A stretch of 63,234 nucleotides of DNA, counting the filler, from Basidiobolus ranarum (Eukaryota), in NCBI GenBank assembly GCA_040143965.1. It is 13 parts of 13 records of this genome, joined end to end, with 100 filler letters (N's around TTAATTAATTAA, not from the genome) between each part and the next. Parts side by side here need not be neighbours in the genome. Positions count along the whole stretch, not along the records: positions 9,771 to 14,549 come from JASJQH010008707.1; positions 14,650 to 19,426 come from JASJQH010008708.1; positions 19,527 to 24,302 come from JASJQH010008709.1; positions 24,403 to 29,175 come from JASJQH010008710.1; 9 more parts are not named here. One strand, written 5' to 3'. Shown here piece by piece: positions 11,788 through 25,318 of the stretch. How positions within the stretch are numbered: position 1 is the stretch's first letter; every line of letters begins with the position of its first letter. The translations under genes and the position numbers were made by a program. The notes under the pieces were generated by a model that searched no databases, was not told the DNA's origin, and saw nothing but the letters and a program-made list of their open reading frames with translations.

Positions 11788-13249
11788 ACCAAACGATGTA
11801 CATTTTAACATGATAGAAATCAAGAAGTTTTAACCGGTGTGGGATTTCGGTTATACTTGATCCAGATCGGTAATTATCTAACCCATAAGGTGAATATCTT
11901 AGGCATATCTCACTTTCCTTACCCAATGTAAATGCGTTGAAAATATGTCTACCTCTTGTTCCAAAATAAATCTACCAATGGATTTCACTTGGGTAAAAAC
12001 TATATATCCATTCTGCCTATAACGTTGGTAGTAGGTTTAGAATCGATGATGTCACTTTGGCTCCTGAAACTTTTAGCACTTGTTCCATCAGGCCAGAGGG
12101 TTTCGGACCTTGGTTCAATGTAATAGAGTGACCATGATTGATTGTGTGAGATAGCGCTGGATAGTGCCGCATGATCTTCTGAATACTTGATGCAATATTC
12201 TATATGCAGCACGATCTGGCACCATAGAGGGGACAAGTATCTATATATGATTCATTATATAAATATCGATATTCATCATGAAGCTAAAACCATCAGTTCT
12301 AAGCAAATATGGTGTTGGTCAACGAGTATTTGATTTTGTTGTATTTTTTGAAAAAGAGTATTCTCGGTTCAGCAAACGGTGAAACCCGGGTTGCAATCCG
12401 AGTTCACCTGGGTTGTTTTAATCAAAATTGAGTAATAACGCCCATTTACATCATGTTGAAAACTAATTGTTATTATAAAATAACAGGTAAAAGTTTCCTA
12501 CTGAGAATTAATTTTCCACCCGTTAAATTCCACATGCTTATACAGTCTGAGCAAGAACATAAAGGATTGTGGGATGTACATTATTTAAGACGATTCCTGA
12601 ACAAATTTCTCATTCATTTACTAAAAAGTGGAGAATATCCATAAATGGATTTTTTTTAGTTATTTCAACTATCAATCGATGGCTAAGGTTCAGTCAGAAG
12701 TAATTCTATTTAACGAGTCTTACTATTAGGCAGGCTATACTGATTCCATATAGTATAGTTAACAAGTATGGATATTCTATAGAATTCACCACCGGTGCTA
12801 ACATTAATCCTTCTTTACGAGTAATGATCTTCCCCACACAGATGTATATTCCTTTGACAAAGTGCACTTAGTATTAAAAGGTTGATAATTTCTTTTAAAA
12901 GCATTAAATATAATTCCACTTTGTATATACTATTGATGGATCCTAGAGTCAAGATTGATACTACTCAGCCTACGCTTTCTAAAATTCTAGGCAAAAAATA
13001 GAGCACTGAGAGTACTGATATAGATCTATTGAATGTTATTGTTGAAGAATAAAAAATGGATTCCATATCTACCAGCAACAACAGTCACATAGATTCCAGT
13101 AAGCTTCCAATATGTTGCAACTGAAGTCTCATATATCTCAGCATATATTTGGTTGAAATACTAGAAGCAAGTACCTAGACATTCTTATATAATGCCCAAG
13201 TAATGTTTATTTCCTGATTATTCAAGTCAATATTTCTACCTCTATCTCT

Positions 13250-14549
13250 GTAAGTATTTTGGGAGTTTGTTGGAAGTGGCTTGGAGAACTAGAAGAATTG
13301 ATGGTTTTCACTTATTGATTTATTGAGTAGAAAGTTGATATTTATAGTTTTGTCAAGATATAAATAAACCAACATGTTGAATGTGGAAAGCCCCAGGAAC
13401 ATATGTGTAAATTTTGGGCCTTCTAGCACAAGTTTGAAAAACCTATATATCTTCGAATTTTTTGCAAATATGTCCTTTTAAAATATTTTTGGAGTAAATA
13501 TCAGTAGTTTAGGTGATAAGATTTTTCAAAAGTCTATATGGAACCCATCATCAATCAAGGCCTTGTGAATATTGGAGTTCTTATGCAAGCATTGTACACT
13601 ACCTATCAGTTAGTTATGTTATATGCAATACTATGCTATCCTGATGTTAGTTTACCCAAATCTACTGGTAAGTGAGAGCATATCTTATTATTTCAATCCA
13701 TCCCTAAGATTTACAAAACTATTAACAATTCTTCACTGTACTGTATTAGTGAACTACACAGACAGTAATCTTGGCTCAGTGAAGGAGTGTTTATATGTGA
13801 ACATTAGTCTCCAATATTTTAATCAAGGAGTTATTGGAAGTGATTTGGAGAACTAGAAGAACTGGTGGTTTTCACTTACTAATTTATTGAGTGCGAGTTG
13901 ACATTTATACTTTTGTCAAGAAGTAGATAAACTTATGTGTTGAGTACAAAGTTGGAGAAAATCATATCATCTGAGAACTTCCAAGTTGGTAAAAATATTC
14001 CAAGTGAAGGTATTGAATAATAGCATAGTCAAATTCAGGTAACCAGCTAAATGACTATATAGGTGCTTAAACTATGTCATTTTCAATCATGATAACACTA
14101 ACTTTTATAGTAGAATATCTTCACAGGTGACATCACAGTATGTTGATTTTATCACTTTGATTTTGTTAATTTATTTGCTGTTGTCTAGAGTCAATCTTAA
14201 TCAGAAGATATACCTGACCCAGGGGATTCTCTAACGGAATGTGTGATCTTTATAACTACATTTTTCTACATTCATTGTGACACTTAATATTTGTAACTGA
14301 ATGCTTCAAAAATTGCCTTTAGCATGAATTATTTCAAAACTCACCGTGAGTGCGAATAATATTGCAATTAACATAGCCTAAACATCTATATAGTTATATA
14401 GCATAGTATTTAGTTACTCCATATGGCTAGAGTACTTTGGAAGCCTGTCGGAAGTAACTTGGAGAACTAGAGAAATTGGTGGTTTTCACTTACTGATTTA
14501 TTGAGTTGAAAGTTGACATTTATATATTTGTCAAGATGTAAACAAAGTA
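13250..14549 (-). mobile_element. Three partial LTR A copies (about 13250-13455, 13830-14070, 14430-14549)
   Basis: Each carries the GGAAGTGG..GGAGAACTAGAAGAATTGGTGGTTTTCACTT...GTTGACATTTATA core. Confidence 0.7.
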
Positions 14550-14852
14550 NNNNNNNNNNNNNNNNNNNNNNNNNNNNNNNNNNNNNNNNNNNNTTAATTA
14601 ATTAANNNNNNNNNNNNNNNNNNNNNNNNNNNNNNNNNNNNNNNNNNNNAGTGATATTTGACTAAATAATGTTGACTAACTAATATGTGATATATGAAAT
14701 AGTTAGGTGTATAAAGATAGGGATAACATATATGATAAAGACAATAAACTTCAACAAACCAAAAGGTTCAGTTAGCTTTATTTATACTTTTTGATAGCAA
14801 AGTGAATTAGTCAGTGCCAAGATATTAGAAGACTAATTCTGATAGAAGAAAA

Positions 14853-15324
14853 TGTGATTGGATAGATAGATAGATAGATAAGTGAGTCATGCATCAGCTG
14901 AAGTCTTGGCAGTGAAAGATCATTGGTTATGAATCTTGTAACTCATATTGACTTGTGTCTAGGCAGATAACTCAGAGGTTAATACTGATTGGATGATGAT
15001 CATGTGATTGGTCATATGATCTGGTAGAAAGGATAAGCAAATAGATAGTTAGTCAGGTGACAGGTCACATCATAAAGTCAGGTGACTAGTTAGTGATAAT
15101 GATAAGCTAAACAGATATTCAAACAAGTTGTATAGATATGGTATAAGTTTAAACAACTTTGTATGTTGGTGCACAACAATACTGAATAGGGAATATACTG
15201 TGGTAAGTTCAACTGGTGGGGTGTTGAGGACTACCAGGACCAATACAAAGAGGGATGATTTAAGGATGATCAGGTGACCTTCCATGGAAGGCCTTGGCAG
15301 ATAAATACTACTTGTGGGATCACA
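14853..15324 (-). mobile_element. LTR family D copy containing a (GATA)n microsatellite
   Basis: TGTGAT...ATCACA inverted ends; 15175-15280 is homologous to 29395-29500. Confidence 0.55.
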
Positions 15325-16260
15325 TGATTTGTTAGGTTTCTTGAAATGTTACAAAGAACATAACTGCCATGTAAGATAACCTGGATGAACTAGCACAAGA
15401 TTGCCAAGAAAGGATGGCACAGCAGATATGATGGCATAATGTAATAGTAGAAGATTTCCATTTACAGTGGATAAGTATGCCAAGATCAGAACCATGTCAA
15501 GAAGAGAGGGGGGGCAAAGTAGGGAAAGAAAGAAAGAGATGTAAGACCAAGATACAAAGTAAATATCTCAAGTACATACCAGGCTTAACTACCCCAGAAG
15601 AGACAAGGTAACAACAAGAGGGATAAAAAAAGATGATCTATGGAGAAACCCCCTTGTTTCTCAACTAGCTTTACAACTGCATCAAACAAAGCAGCCCAAA
15701 ATTGTTGATATAGACTTCCTGCTGGATCTTTGGAAGCAATACCTTGCCTCCAAGACATCTTTTTTGATCCCAATTGTTGCAGGTTATTGGCCTATTGTCC
15801 ATTTGCTTTGTACTGAATATCTTCCTTTCTACTTACCACCTGTACCCCTTAACACTTTATTTACATCCTCACAACTCAATTATAATGTCATCAAGTTAAG
15901 TATAGATATGATCCAGTTTTTTCACAATATGTTAAAAGATGGATGTCTTGATTGTCACTTTGTTTCAGTTAGTATATTAACTAAATAAAGTCCACACCGC
16001 CTGGTGCTTTTTGTCCCCCTTACACCCCACAACTTGCATCAAATATGCCATAATAAACTTGGCTTTAATGTCCACTTTATTAAATGTTCAATAGAGCTTG
16101 TCAGGGTATCAGTAATGAATGGGTATCTGCCTACCTCAAACATCAAAACATCCCAGAAGATTTTCACTAGCAATAATGGAAAAATATTTTAAATACACAG
16201 ATATTGGATACATATTAAAAGACAAATGACTTCAGTAATCAAGCATATAAAAATTGTGCA
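15325..16260 (-). mobile_element. Highly decayed retroelement internal remnant (possible gypsy integrase/chromodomain end)
   Basis: CpG-poor, broken ORFs next to LTR D; only weak motif resemblance. Confidence 0.3.
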
Positions 16261-17838
16261 AATTAAAACAATGGTCAAACTTCAGAGCAAGATTATGGGT
16301 GAAAGAGGGAAGAACCCCAGACTTCAAACAAGTAACTTCTCGCGCATACATTGAATAATTGGATAGTAGGGAATATAAATGAACACCAAACGCTAATCGA
16401 TTATGCGTTGTACTAAAATATGGTGCAGTTGTACATAACGGTGCACGTTACGGAAGCACCTATCCAATGTACATGCGAAGGCAATCCCAAAATATCAAGT
16501 ATTTTTGTTAAGATTTAATCAGAGTTTATTGAGAGCAACCATTGTCAAAGAGACTGTCAATGCTTTGAGCAGCATAACAACGACACCCATGACTATTGAA
16601 CATATGTAGCAGGTAATTATGAGAATTTAATCATCGTGTGTTCGCGTTTATAAATTGGGAGATTCTATTTGCTTGACTAATTGGCAAAATGTAACCAAGC
16701 AACGAATTACTTTCTTTCTCACAAGCATCTAAAGTTTTTACCCAGTAGCGCTAAATATTAGCTTGATGTAGCAAGTCAATATTCTCATAATGGAATATGC
16801 GATAAAAGCAGCGCTGATTGCACTAGTACGATCAAGAAAGTCAACGTAGTGGTACTTACAGCTCAAGTGTGCATTAAACCATTGAACTCTAAAACTATTA
16901 TCCACTTTCTTAGTATTGCTCTAAGCTTACAGTTAGATCATCACTAGCCATCAGTCTGTCAAAATTTGGGATAGACTTACTAATATTGGCTAAGTTTTCG
17001 GTAACTATGCCGAAATTGGTAGTCAGTATTTCCAAATAGGAGATTTATCATTCCCTTTTGAAGACATTCAACCACCTGTTAACCTTCCTTACCTCTGGTT
17101 TAGTTCTCGGAATCCCCATGAATAATACATTAGTCTAGCGTGTATGAGTTGAAATGATGAAGAGTTGATTACTATATTTAATTTCCATTGATCAATAGGT
17201 TCCCGTAACGGGGCCATCCCAGTCTGATAGTCTGGTTTGATAGTGTGAGGCGTTGCACTTACCATTACGGACTTGGCGTACTTTCTTTACTCCAAAGTAA
17301 CATAAACTAATGTTTATTTCGCGATAAGTAAAATTATCACCACTTCTGTGTAAATTGAGAAGCGTGACTGAAAAATGAGGACTCACTTTCAAATGTGAAC
17401 CAGTGTGATTCTTGTAGCTGAAGTTGGTAAATAACAGCTTCATGGTTTATCGATGAATAATTAATACTAGTGTGAATTTTCTTAACCTCTTTTTAGATAT
17501 TGCCAGAGCATCAGAAACATTCTGATTAAATGATCTCAGCCAGATGGCCCAACGAAACATCATAGTGTAATATTCGGCGTAGTAAGGCCATGCAGACAAG
17601 CGTCTTAGCTGTTCTAATTAAAAACAATGGAAAACTACTCTTGGACTCGGCGTTCAACCAAAGTTAGTATTCATATCACCCGCTGCAACAATGGCCAATG
17701 TACCGACTGGGTCCGCGCCAATTGTTTTATGCTAGAATATGGAACGTATTGTGCGTCCAGTGTCCTCAATCCTAGGAAAGATAAAAGAAAGGCTAGTTTC
17801 CAACATTTCTGCAGATTCAATTACCAACTATTTCAATT

Positions 17839-18047
17839 ACGAGCAAACTTCTTGTCATTTTCTTTGCTACAGGTCAGCCAGGCGGCTCAGTCATTGAACA
17901 TGTTATTAATGACCCCGTTTTGTCCAAAGTATACAAAAGTACTATGGCCCCAACACAAAAGAGCTGTTAGGATGGTCCAGCTAGAATGCTCGCGGAAAGT
18001 TGACAACTCTAGAAGTGTTCCTTCTCAGGAACTCTATCAACCTGTAG
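17839..18047 (+). pseudogene. NmrA/HSCARG-like oxidoreductase pseudogene with large internal deletion
   Basis: (ACG)SKLLVIFFATGQPGGSVIEHVINDPVLSKVYK fused out of frame to the typical C-terminus YYGPNTKELLGWSS*NARGKLTTLEVFLLRNSINL*. Confidence 0.75.
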
Positions 18048-19286
18048 TAGAGATATGCACAGTACAATGAAATTAGCTAGATCTGCTATTAAAATGCTAA
18101 ATCAACGAAGGGCTTCAAACGAAATAAAACGAAAGCGATTGCCTCTTCTGTAGCCACAACGAAGCAGTTCCTCTTTAATAAAAGAAAGCATGAAGCATGG
18201 CCTATATTCATACTGAGATACATAGGAAAAGTCGATAAAAAATCGTATCCAGCTGTTAAAAGTGAAAAGCTATTCCTTTATTAAGTGAAGCAAAGAGCCC
18301 AGTGAGCTGCTTCTCTACTTATCTTGAAACAATTCCTCGCATATTTCCTTTTGAACAAGAGAAAATCCATCTCCTAGTCGATAAAAGAGTAACTTTTTGA
18401 CTTAATTACTTTCTATACCTTAGGAAGCTCGTAATGACTGAAAACAGGCCTATACATCAAGCGAGGTTTCACTTTCAAGTACTTGAGCAAAGGTGGGAAT
18501 GCTCCTTAAGGCTATGCCGCAGAGGAAACATGGTATTAATAAGCGTGGTCAGCAAATGACGATCCTACATTTCAACTTGCTCCAGTTACTGTGAATCTAC
18601 TTGCGACATGGCGGCGGACTCTAACAACATCGGATTGAGCAACAAAAGTACGAATGCTCTATAATGGTGACTGGAGAGATGAATCTTGTTTTGCAGTGAC
18701 TGAATGGCTCCTGGTAGTTTCGAGCAATTACCCTGTAAATCTCTTCTTTCTGTTGGCATTACTTATACATCTATTCCTTTGATTACTGCCTTCATCGCCT
18801 CTTTCACTCATTGCTATCATGCTTATCAGATGCAATATTGGGCCTCTGGCATTCTCAGAAGCGTGACAGCATATAAAAACATCTGTGAGAATAAAATCAG
18901 CCACCTATCATTTATTTGCAGCGTATGTCTAGCTTCATCATTAGAATAAAAAGATACTGATATTAATATAAAAGCATGAAACTTACTAGTACTCTTTACA
19001 CATAATAAACATACTATGACTACGCCTCTACTCGGTAGCCAGTAAAATACCTCATTGTGCCTTAAATACCAACTAGGCTTGATAAGTGCCAACTTCATTA
19101 ATTTTATGAAGAACTGATCCTTGGATCATGCATTGCTTCAAGCTAATCCATGAATACGAGTATGAATCGTATCCGATTCCTTGAAACACAGTTATAGGTG
19201 ACCATAAGGTTTGGAAGTTTATTATTCTTTCACTATTGCATAAAAGAAGCAATCGGTTATGATTTAAAATGGGATCCGATCGGGGT

Positions 19287-19425
19287 TTAGCAAGCTCCTA
19301 AATCAGTCCACACGCCTTGTTGGCCCGGGGTTTCATTCTGAGTCCACCATTTTGCTTGCCAAAGATGTCCATTATAGGTTAGCTTTTGGGCCCCAGTATA
19401 AGCAGTACTTCCATTCCAGGCGGCG
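19287..19425 (-). CDS. C-terminal CBM5/12 (ChtBD3) chitin-binding domain of a gene truncated by the contig end
   Basis: AAWNGSTAYTGAQKLTYNGHLWQAKWWTQNETPGQQGVWTDLGAC*, containing the AKWWTQ signature. Confidence 0.85.
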
Positions 19426-22400
19426 CNNNNNNNNNNNNNNNNNNNNNNNNNNNNNNNNNNNNNNNNNNNNTTAATTAATTAANNNNNNNNNNNNNNNNNN
19501 NNNNNNNNNNNNNNNNNNNNNNNNNNGGAGAGCTTGAACACAGATGCATAACCCTTTGATTGATCCGTGTATAGACCCCCATGTGAAGTTATGTAGCTTG
19601 TAAAGGATTGTTAGAAGATCTAGACTGGAGTCCTCATCGATTACCAATGCTGGCCATTTCTTCGGTGGAACGGAAGGTGAAGGGGTAACAATTGTTCCGG
19701 GATTTTTCGCATGTGCCTGTGTTGCCTAATTATTGAATTCAAGTGGGAATAAGGCATAGTTGGTGTAGATTTTCCGTGGTGTTCTTCTTGGTGCTCCCCC
19801 AAAGTTCCTTTTCGGTATTTTGACGCGATAAGGCCTCTCATATGATACTATTTATTGATCAGTTTTAGGGTTTGGCTTAGATTTATTTCTAGATGGTCGA
19901 TTCTGAGATGAGTCCAAATGCGTATTGATTTTTCATGACTAAAACGTACCCCCGAATGAATATCCAGCGCATACAGAAATATCGGTGTTGCCCAAAATGG
20001 AGCATTCATTTCGTCCGATTGTTAATAAGGGCCATTATGATGTCACTGGTACATGTAACTGATGCTTTGCATTTAAGCTTCGTGATAGCTACGTGCTGCA
20101 TAACGTAGTACGTACGGATTCATGTGAAAGAAGACCTGTGTCATGAGTGGGTCAGCGGTGAGTCTCGTTCTGCTTTTATCCTCCAAACCATAAGTTGGCG
20201 GGGTGGGTGAGTTGGAGTTCTGGTGCAGCTAAGCAAGTATCTACCTAATGTAATGAATGTGTTTTCTAATTTTAGATTGATAATTTAGCACGCAAATGAG
20301 CATCATGATCATCCCGTAGAAGTGCTACTAAAACGGTTTATTTAGGAATTTAAACTTTTCCGTTGATATTAAGGTTATGAAGATGGTCGGAAATATCTCG
20401 ATCATATCTCATCTACCAGGCTCAAGAAACCAGAGTCCTCTCTGGGTTAAAACGAGGTTTGCTGGGCACAGTAGGTTTACAAATAAGTGTTTGTCCCAAG
20501 GTGTATAGAAGCACTGCTAAAAGCAAGTGTATTCTTTACGGGAACCATCAATTCCTCGTCACCAGATAGTCATACAGCACCCAATCTTGAGTCCTGTTAT
20601 AGCCAAGTTAGCTTATCTCCCTGTCTGTTGACTCGAGAGTGGCACCTTGGATGACAACTGAGCTGCATCCGAGTCATATTTTAATGTGGGAAACGGACAG
20701 TGATTTGGGGGGGTTGGTTTCGTAAGTTAAATTTTATCGTGAACTCGATTGGTGGAGGTTAGCTAGCATTCCAGAACAATTGACTCCTGTGTTGTGACAA
20801 TCATTATTTAGATTGTACCTGCTCCGCCATAGATCATGGAATCTACAATCTTATTTTGATGGCATGCAGTTAGCTTCATTCATCTACCTGTAAGCTCATG
20901 TGCATGTGTAGTTGCGATGGACTCCGCGAACACACGGCGTGCTAGCAGGTATATGACCCATAGAGCTACTGATCTCCATCGATGCAGCGCAAACCAATGT
21001 TACATACTCCGTTTCCTAGACGGCATCTAACCGTCAAAACAAGGCCAAGATCAGCACTAAACAACTCCATCGTTGCTTGGGCTTCGTGTGTTGTAAAGTC
21101 CTCTATCCAATAAATAAGTTGCACTCAGCGGTTCTATGGCTCTGTGCAATCTGATGAGCCAAGGAGAATTAGCCCCAAAAATCAAAACCTTCCAAAAATT
21201 CCCAAGTGCGAAGCAAGATCACGGATCAATATAATCATATACTCCAGCTACTTGCCTTTCCATATTTGTGACCGGCAAGGCTCGCACTTGGAAATCTAAA
21301 TTCATAGGGGGGAAGGTCATATGAGTGGTACCAGAGTGACACCTCGAATGCAGACTGCTTAAAATAACTTTGTTTCTAAACCAATCAGCAAACCACAATC
21401 TTCAGATTGTATCCAAGCATTGTTGTCTTCATGGCTCTGCCTTCCTCAGAAATATCCGACATAGTCCAGCCCATCTCGACATTCAATGTGCAAAAACAAC
21501 TAGTCCATGCAATTGGTGCTGCTTGCGGATCTGTTCCCACCTGAGCACGTACAAATCACACTTGGGCAATCCGCTAGCGTATCCCATCCGAACAATTCCC
21601 AATGGGTTCTTAGAGAGGTAGCTACAGGTGTTGGTTAGGTTACTAAGGATTCATCTGGTTTCCTCATCTTCCGCACTGCTGATTTGGGAGTGGGAAACTG
21701 AAGCACCTACGGACGAATATGGCAATATCGTGGATGAATGAAAATGCGCTTTAAAATTAGGGTTAATTCAATTAAATGGTCCCACCATGGCCAGGATCTT
21801 TAATTGGAAGTAGTGTAAACGATAATACACAAACTTTCTGTGACTGAATTTCCACATATATCACGCTGAATTCAGAGTGCTGTTAATCTATGGAGTCGAT
21901 TCATTCATTGTAAACCAAGAATTCTACAGAATCAAGGATTCACAGCCGTACGTTGCTCAACACAGGTTAGATTAGGTCTACCTGATGGGATCTGGTGTTA
22001 GGTATTCACCCTATCACATCATATCCACTTGATTTAGGATCCATTTCTTCGATACTCTGCAAAACCTGACATCTCCATTATATTCAAGTGGCTTGCAACC
22101 CTTCCTTATATTTCTTCTCCTCTTTCTCTTCTTTCTGGTTTCTGTATTTGCATTTGCATTGATCCCGTATCTCGGTTTCTCTTTCTTTTCCAGCTAATAG
22201 TTTAATTTCTTTTTCAACCCACCAGACTCATACTATCAACGTCTAATTACTTCCGTTTTTGCTTTCTCTTTTCGTTGTTAAAGAGCTCTTTGAATACCTT
22301 TTGTTAAGACTCAAGCGTTAGTCATTTCATAAATAGGCAAGGTTGAGAAACTTCGCCGTCCAAAGTTACTTATTCCCTCCACATACAGTAGCACCATAGT

Positions 22401-22448
22401 TTTACGTCCACTACTGTTGTAAGTTTAGCTATAGCACTCCCTTTTGAA

Positions 22449-24230
22449 ATGCAGCCCTCAGCACCATATGGAGGCTTTCACCCTCAACAATTTCAAGGGA
22501 TGGACTCTCGGTAAGCTTCTGCTATTTAACTAGGTCGTGTATTCCATGAAGACACAAAGCTCTAATATTCTTATGTATTAGGCAACCTTTACCTCAATTT
22601 AAGCAGGAACCCTTATTCCCTGAAAGCCACTCACACCAGCTATTGTCTCACCAAACCGTTCTGAATCACCACCAACTCCCTGGTGTTGCTTCTAGCCATT
22701 TTCTCCCTCATGGCCAGTCAATCCCTCAGTTCAATACACACCATACTACTCATACTCATCATAACGAACTGCCCGTACCTCATCAAATGCAGGCCCATCA
22801 CTATCAGCACCAATCGCACTTGGAGAATTCTCAACAAAATCATGACCAACACTTTGGACTTAATGCGGGTGTTTCGGTTACCCCGCCGTCAAGCTCGGCC
22901 ATTCCTTCTAATCCTAACTCGTAGGTTTATTTGTATTACTTGGTGTATGTGGGGTGACTTCTAACCATTTTATGATGTCGTGCATACATAGAAATCTTCG
23001 TTTCGAGGTGGTCTTGGAGGCTCAGACAGCTGCTGCGCAGCGCTTGGATGAAAACCCCCTTACCTATCTCAATAAAGGTACGATTGATTTTGCTTCCTTA
23101 TGGATTTCCTCTACTTTGTAAATTCATAACACTATCCTTAGGCCAGTATTACGCTATCGCTTCAAACGATAATGCAAGGGATGATATAGAGTTAACTAGC
23201 ACTCTGAGAGTGATGTTTCACGACGATGCCCACCGAAAATTAGCCAATACTTATTGGCAATTCTGGCTCTCACAACAGACTAATCCCAAAACCGCCCGTG
23301 CTGTAGATATCGGTAATTATTTGGTTCGTCAATATTATGGTACTTTCACCAATAATAACGGGGTAAATTCTCCATGGGTTTTTTTACTCTTTCCAGATAA
23401 AGCTGCATCCACTGGAATCAAAAATGTGGAATTATCTTCATTAGATCGAATCACATTTCAATGGAATGGAAGAAAAGGTGCCAAAATTTATATTAAATTT
23501 AACTGCTTGTCGACCGATTTTTCGCGGATTAAAGGTGTGAAAGGAATTCCACTCCGAATTCGTATGGAAACCGTATCTGAAATGGACCCATCTAATGGCG
23601 AAAAATGCTTTGCAAAGATCAAGCTGTTTAGAGACAAGGTAATAACATGACTTGAGATTCCTCGCAGGATGCGAGTTAACACCAACTCATAACTTTAGGG
23701 AGCTGAGAGAAAGAACAAGGATGACCAACGTCATCTAGAGAAGATTTGGGAGAAGATGCGAGGTTTGCAACTGGTTTCTTTGGTTTCGTATGTGTGATAA
23801 ACTAACTGATTGACAAAATAGGCAAGCAGCAAGATTCGAACCCATTACTGATGATGTTCGCCCAAGCAAATCCTGTTACTTCCTTCATCGAGTGGTCTAA
23901 TAATGACATCTCAGATGCCGAAGAAGACCCCACCAATATTGATATCGATACCATTGATCCAGAGAATGCTGAGCTTGACCCAGCCGTCTTGGCTGCCTCA
24001 AAGAAAAGAAGACTAGAGTCGTTGGGACATGATTTGGATCTTCTTGAATTGGATCCCACCTACGTCCCTAGCAGAAAGAAACGATCTGGTAATGCACTTC
24101 GTTATGGTTCTATTAAACGGTATAGCTTACTAACTGTGTTCATCATTATCCCAGTGCTATCATTGTTCATCAGGTTGGCGGGAGAGAATGTTTATCGGGC
24201 TGTTTATTTAGAAAAGCTCACAGCTTTTAG
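22449..24230 (+). CDS. CP2/Grainyhead-like transcription factor (multi-exon, 3' truncated)
   Basis: His/Gln-rich N-terminus; FEVVLEAQTAA...LTYLNKGQYY; FNCLSTDFSRIKGVKGIPLRI; KIKLFRDKGAERKNKDD; short GT-AG introns. Confidence 0.92.
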
Positions 24231-25318
24231 GCCCCCAGGAGTGGCCCGCTAGAGGGGGCCCCCCTTGGGGGAGACCGAAAAAGGGGGTGGAAAAAAAAGG
24301 GGNNNNNNNNNNNNNNNNNNNNNNNNNNNNNNNNNNNNNNNNNNNNTTAATTAATTAANNNNNNNNNNNNNNNNNNNNNNNNNNNNNNNNNNNNNNNNNN
24401 NNAAACCATTGAAGCGCTATTACATCGAGTGAACCAGATGGGTACTAACGGCCGCTTTATTGGTTATTTCCACATTCCGATGGTCCCTCCTCCCCACACT
24501 GGTCGTACTCATCCTGATCGAATCAGCGCTGGAGATGACTTGTTCCTGAATGACATCAAGCCCTATTAATTACGGAACCGTCTCACGCCTGCAGGTATGG
24601 TGCAGGGTTTCTGTAGAACGGAGATGAGCTCGCTGTCATCTTTTCCATGATCTATGGTGGCTGCTGATAATCTATCATTGATTCTCGCTCCAATTACATC
24701 TGTTGTAGTGAGCAGACACTACATCTGCTATCACATGTAAGAATCACATGAAATCATATTTGCAAACATGACTTGACATCAGTTATGAAGCTGACTCCCG
24801 CTGGGAATATCCTCGCAGATCTAGATTGAATAATGACCGAGAATGAATTGGCCATGTGATGTATTCTTGCTCTTGCTCTTGTCATTTCATTATTATCCAA
24901 TACTAAGGCTATGTATCGACATTCAGCAGCGGTGGAATAAGGGCTCAGATCTTTATTTAGGTATTATTGCTTGGCTACGCGCTACATAAATGAAGTAGGA
25001 GTGAGGCCTTGATTGATTTATTTCTGCAACGAGGGAAAACTGGGTATGGTTGGGTTCGCAACTAGGTTTGACACTAGTCCAAATTCTTACTGTCAAATAA
25101 CATCCAAATTCCATGACAGTAGATTTGTGCTTCATAATACAAGGGGTGTTGCGTGTTCTAATTTACAAATACCAACGTGATCAATTGACGTATCTATAGC
25201 CCTAGGAACTCTAGTACGTAGGAATTAGAGGCGAATGGGGCTACGAAGCCAAGAAGATAGTAATAAATAACACTAGCTGAAGAACAAAAAAGATTAGATT
25301 AAAGGTGGTGAAGTCATT

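Noticed and set aside
12378..12408. Imperfect palindrome GGTGAAACCCGGGTTGCAATCCGAGTTCACC
   Set aside because: Single copy, with no associated element or RNA-gene features
17627..18070. 147-aa ORF from the track
   Set aside because: It overlaps the NmrA remnant in another frame and has no protein-like features
18430..18710. GNAT-like peptides (LYIKRGF, YNGDWRDE)
   Set aside because: Too short and in inconsistent frames to support a call
19527..21760. Higher-GC stretch with broken ORFs, perhaps a pseudogene or gene start
   Set aside because: No recognisable motif or coherent exon chain
24231..24302. GC-rich homopolymer/G-quadruplex-like tail
   Set aside because: Abrupt loss of CP2 homology at a contig end; typical of low-quality read ends
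24405..24569. 54-codon open frame at a contig start
   Set aside because: Could be a gene's 3' end, but no recognisable similarity
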